NCBI GenBank assembly: GCA_963777315.1
Contig: CAVZQC010000002.1
Span: 800,001-864,000 of the forward strand
Length of the DNA: 64,000 nucleotides
Reading direction: 5' to 3'
DNA from: Vulcanimicrobiota bacterium
GTDB lineage: Bacteria > Vulcanimicrobiota > Vulcanimicrobiia > Vulcanimicrobiales > Vulcanimicrobiaceae
Shown here: positions 59,792 to 64,000 of the stretch, in pieces
How positions within the stretch are numbered: position 1 is the stretch's first letter
Layout of the letters: every line of letters begins with the position of its first letter
Notes under the pieces: model-generated
What the model saw: only the letters and a program-made list of their open reading frames with translations
Databases searched by the model: none
Told to the model about the DNA's origin: nothing
Program-made: the position numbers and the translations under genes

Positions 59792-62700
59792 ATGCCGATC
59801 GAGCCTAAAGCATATTCTGCATTTACGCTTTGGCTTGCGCACCGGATTGTGGATCGGGCAAGTGGTCATGCGGTCCCGGACCATCCGGTGGCGGGCGAGT
59901 TGATGTTGCGTCGCCCCGCAGATGCCTTTTTTATCGGCTCCGTAGGACCTACTGCTCTTGCGCTACAGGAGCGCGGGAACAGCTCCCCTCCTGCAGTCGG
60001 GATTGATTTCTTTGTTGCAAATCTCGATCGAATCGTTATCTCCGGGTCGTTCGCCTACTACCGTCCAGAACTTCCGAGTCTGGAATTGTGTCGGGCGAGT
60101 GCCGCCGACACTGCGGACCCGGACTTTGAGATTCCAGTTGTAATGCGAAAGCGTGCAAAGACCTTCGAGTTGAATATTCAACTCGAAGTTGGGCAGCACC
60201 GTGAGCAAATCGAGATCCCGAACGACGGCTTGGACCGGGCATACGGCGCGCCGTCACAAGGGCACTATAAAGTCAGCAAAGCCGCGCTAAACGACGATGA
60301 AGCGTTTCGTCAAGCGCTGCAACGTTTAAACCTAAAGCCGCCGGCACTTCGGCTCGCCGCATCGATCACCGTAAACGTAACGCACGATGCACTTCGTGGT
60401 TATAGAGTGCAGTTCAGATTTGTCAACGAAAGTCTCAATACCCGTTGGCAATCGGAGCCACGATTGCAGCGTCGCATCGACCGCATCGAAGAGCCGTTCC
60501 TGTTTGACATAAACCTATCTGTCGAATTGCGGGACTGCAATTTGGTGCCTACCACGCTGGATCTCGAGGCCGAGGACTTTCGCTACGATAATCTGCTCTG
60601 GGCGGACGGCTTCAACACTTCCGCGGAGTACATCCCCAAGTCAAACTCTCTAAGGACCCGATACGCGCCTGTCGCGCATCAATTGCGCGTTAAACATGCA
60701 GAAGGTGCAGAGGACCTTCGATTCTCGAAATTTGCGTCGGACTCCATGGGCCAGTTGAATACGTTGCTCCAGCAAATGGAGAGGTACGCTAGTGAATGGC
60801 CGCCCTCGACACTGCCTAACGACGACCAACGTCAAGCCGAAAATCGGGATCGCGAACAGTTTGCAGACGAGGTGTCCCGGTTCAAAAAAGGCATCGTGCA
60901 ACTCAATGCGCAGCCGGACGCGTTAAAGGCCTTCCTCTCGACCATGCAAGTATTCGCGAATATTTGGGCGGTCCGTGACGTTAGTGGGTGCGCCGCTTGG
61001 CGAAGATTTCAAATAGTATTTATCGTGTCAGTAATTGGCGGCTTGTGCGGACGAGCGACATCGCATTACGACGATCTGAAAATTGTCGACATTCTTTGGT
61101 TCCCAACAGGGGGAGGCAAGACGGAGGCCTATCTTGCCATAATGTTGTGGCAAGCTTTTTTCGATCGTTTGAGAGGTAAGAAGACCGGGGTCACTGCAAT
61201 GATGCGGTTCCCGCTCAGATTACTCAGTTTGCAACAGATGCAGCGTGTTATTGAGGCTGTATGCTCAGCGGACAGTGTACGCGCATCCGACAAGGCGTAC
61301 GCCGGTGATCCATTTAGCGTAGGCTTCTTAGTCGGAAGTAATGCCACCAAAAACAAATTAGACGAGGCAGACATACGACAAATCCGGGAGCAGCTTAGTC
61401 TTCCGTTTGAAAAACGAAGTGATTGGGTCAGGCGGCATAGGGTTGTCTCAAGGTGCCCCTACTGCCACTCTGCCAGCTCTCTCGATATACGTATAGACGA
61501 TTTGAATAGACTCGTACACTATTGCACCAACAGTATGTGCGATAAAACGTTACCACTTTACGTAATCGACGACGAAGCGTATCGTTATCTACCCACAGTT
61601 CTAGTTGGAACTGTCGACAAGCTTGCACTGATTGGACAGAACTTACGCTGGAGACAGACTGCTTGGTTTCGTCGATTCTAAGTGCCCACTCCATGGTTAC
61701 ACTTCTGGCCGCAAATGCTCTGTCTATCCGTGCAAAGAGAAGTTGGAAAGCGTCCGACTATTCGATGCTGCGCCGGCCGTCGAAGTTCAGGACGAACTTC
61801 ATCTGCTAAGAGAAGAACTCGGGGTCGTTGCCTCTCACTACGAGACCGTCGCGCATTCCATTATCGAGAAGTATGGCAACGCCCCGATTAAAGTAATAGC
61901 GTCAACCGCAACCATTCAAAATCACAGGCGACAGGCGAAAGCGCTGTACGCCCGTGAAAGTCGGCAATTTCCTGTGATGGGTAGGACCCTTGCGGCGTCG
62001 TTCTATGCAGACGTGCAGGGATACGACCAACGAATATTCGTTGGCATAATGCCGAGACGGCTGACCCACATAAACGCCTTAATGCAACTTATGGAGATCG
62101 AGCACGAATGTATTCAGCGTTTACGGCGTCGGTTGATGGTACAGCCAATTGTTGATGATGGTGAACTCGACCAACTTCTGGATTACTATGAAGTGGTTGT
62201 CACGTATACGCTTCGAAGAATAGACCAGGACCGCGTCGATGGGTCGATAGAGTCGCAGGTAAACCCTTATCTGGCTAGCGATAATCTTCGCCCAATTAGT
62301 AATAAGCCAATGACTGCAACCACCACAACTGAAGACGTAACGAAGATTCTTGCGGAACTGGAGCATCCCAATGATGTCGTGGATGCCAGGTTGTCGTCTA
62401 TTACTGCAACGAGTATGATCTCGCATGGAGTGGACGTCGACCGGCTAAACATCATGAACTTCTTCGGCATGCCATTCTCAGCGGCCGAGTATATTCAGTC
62501 AAGTAGTAGAGTTGGTCGTAAGGTGTGCGGATGTGTATTTATTGTGTACCAAGCTCACAAAGAGCGCGAACGGAGCCATTATCAGCGTTTTATAAAATAT
62601 CACGAGTTTCAAAATCGCCTTGTCGAACCGGTTCCGCTGAACAGATGGGCGGCTCGCGCTTTAGAGTTCACGTCGCCGGGCCTGGTCATGGCAGCCATCT

Positions 62701-63038
62701 TTGCTCTCTATGGAGGCCGGTGGAGCGGACCTAGTCACAAGTCGCTGTGGCTTGCAAAAGAGGTCTTAAGAGCCTTCGACCAGAGGGCGTTCTCGGTTGA
62801 CGAAATCACTAATGCGCTTTTGGATGCTCTATTCGTCGAACCTAGCGATCGAGATAGTGTGAGGGAACATCTAACGTTTTTGATACGGGAGGGGCTCGAG
62901 CGCGCGAGGATCGTCGATAGTCGCACCGGTTTTGGGAACTGCATGTCACCTGAGCCGATGCAGAGTTTAAGAGATGTGGAACCAAGCTTTAACGTCGATG
63001 TCTTGGGTCCGAACATGTGGTACGTGGAGGCGAACTAG
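59792..63038 (+). CDS. drmA: DISARM DrmA-like SF2 helicase, apparent +1 frameshift at 61658
   Basis: WFPTGGGKTEAY, PLRLLSLQQ, GTVDK, QDELHL, ATSMISHGVDVDRLN, EYIQSSSRVGR. Removing A61658 in CAG-A-CTG joins the two ORFs (1081 aa). Confidence 0.82.
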
Positions 63039-64000
63039 TGGAGAGATCGTCGTCGCAGATACTATTCAACTATTTACCAGGCAAGACGTTTGACCACGAG
63101 ACGTACAGGGTTGTTTGCCGCGTCGATAGAGTCGACGGTGACAGATTGGATCGGCTTGATCGCGCTACAATGGTTGCTCGCGTCAATTCGCGGCTCGACG
63201 CAGCAATGCTCGCGGGAAATTCTATAGTCAATTACGACGAGCGTAGCCGCCGCGACGTTGAGTCATGGACCATGAAACGTCCGATGCAAGTCGTCGCTCG
63301 CGTCTTTCCGCTATTACTGCAATGCCGCCTAGGGTGCAAGCGCGTCTTCGAAATGCGTGAGGACGGGATGGGCCCGCGCCTTCGGCACTGTCCGGTGTGC
63401 AAGAAGCGGCTAACTCAGCTTCAACAAATATTGTTCCATGAATGCGGTACGCTACGGTCTTTGGAAGTGCCAAATTGTCCGAAGCATGGTCGATCCAACA
63501 TGTCTCTGGACGACCGTGGCAGCCTTTCTACCTCGGATTGGAGATGGATTTGCCGCGCAGCAGGATGCGATCAGACCATTTCGAGGCCGCTGACCCGACG
63601 ATGCGACTGCGGGACCTATTCGAAGACTTCGTTGAGACCTGATCTATACCGTTCGAGCCATGTATATCGTCCGCACAAAGAACAGATCATCGATTTCCCA
63701 GTAAAGGAAAGGCGCCTGTTTGTAGAGGGGCCTAATGCGAACGCCGCCGTTTTGGCATCATTTGTTGGTGTGGGCGAGGACGACGTGCTGGCGCAAGAGG
63801 AAGTGCTGGCTCAACAGCAAGCCATGGAGACGCTGGCTGCGTCGCTCGAGAAAGATAATCCCGAGCTAGCGCGGCAAATACGAGCTGAGCTTCAACGAAA
63901 GAAGGCTTCAGCTGGCAATCTTGTTGAGACTGCCAAACTCTACTTCGAAGAACCACTGCAAGGCATTATTGCTGAAAAAATACTGGACTACGTCGTTGCA
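63038..64000 (+). CDS. drmB: DrmB-like (DUF1998-type) protein, N-terminal part; runs off the window
   Basis: Not in the ORF track. GTG overlaps the drmA stop (TAGTG) with SD GGAGG, and the frame is open for 321 codons: MERSSSQILFNYLPGKTFD...FPLLLQC...C...CPVC...HECG...CPKHG...WIC...CDC. The diagnostic C-terminus lies outside the window. Confidence 0.7.
   Translation, partial: MERSSSQILFNYLPGKTFDHETYRVVCRVDRVDGDRLDRLDRATMVARVNSRLDAAMLAGNSIVNYDERSRRDVESWTMKRPMQVVARVFPLLLQCRLGCKRVFEMREDGMGPRLRHCPVCKKRLTQLQQILFHECGTLRSLEVPNCPKHGRSNMSLDDRGSLSTSDWRWICRAAGCDQTISRPLTRRCDCGTYSKTSLRPDLYRSSHVYRPHKEQIIDFPVKERRLFVEGPNANAAVLASFVGVGEDDVLAQEEVLAQQQAMETLAASLEKDNPELARQIRAELQRKKASAGNLVETAKLYFEEPLQGIIAEKILDYVVA

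Larger units (their letters stand above)
55046..64000. mobile_element. Defence genomic island (left end; continues beyond the window)
   Basis: Bounded by the tRNA fragment; ATTGTCGTA direct repeat at 55174 and 55185; AT-richer (line 61501 has 22/60 GC vs 40/60 for line 7801); defence cargo. No integrase within the window. Confidence 0.7.

Overview
GC-rich bacterial chromosome segment. The signal-peptide/PTPT-linker style, TonB receptor and tandem VPS10 proteins suggest an Eremiobacterota (WPS-2)-like host, but that is inference. 1-14.6 kb: TonB-dependent receptor plus secreted phosphoesterase, inositol-type ABC transporter, IclR regulator, and an iolD-iolG-iolB-iolE operon that lacks iolC/iolJ/iolA and instead continues into a split transketolase and a LeuB-family gene. 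A TTGAY-N5-TGCAA box recurs four times in the flanking promoter regions. 14.7-54.8 kb: mostly housekeeping and accessory genes (Xre/RES toxin-antitoxin, rnd, acnA, aceE/aceF, TPP riboswitch-thiC, NRAMP, two VPS10/BNR proteins, an MrpA-less mrp cluster, S53 peptidase, two TAP-like hydrolases). From about 55.0 kb: an AT-richer defence island bounded by a decayed tRNA-Ala(CGC) 3' half (att-like). It carries an AbiEi/AbiEii pair whose toxin is fused to WYL and Zn-finger domains, Vsr, a small helical protein, a C5-methyltransferase and a DISARM-like DrmA/DrmB pair running off the window. All four frameshifts in otherwise intact genes (rnd, aceE, DMT, drmA) are repaired by restoring a CAGCTG hexamer, which points to modification-induced sequencing errors rather than pseudogenes. 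No rRNA, intact tRNA or CRISPR array was seen.
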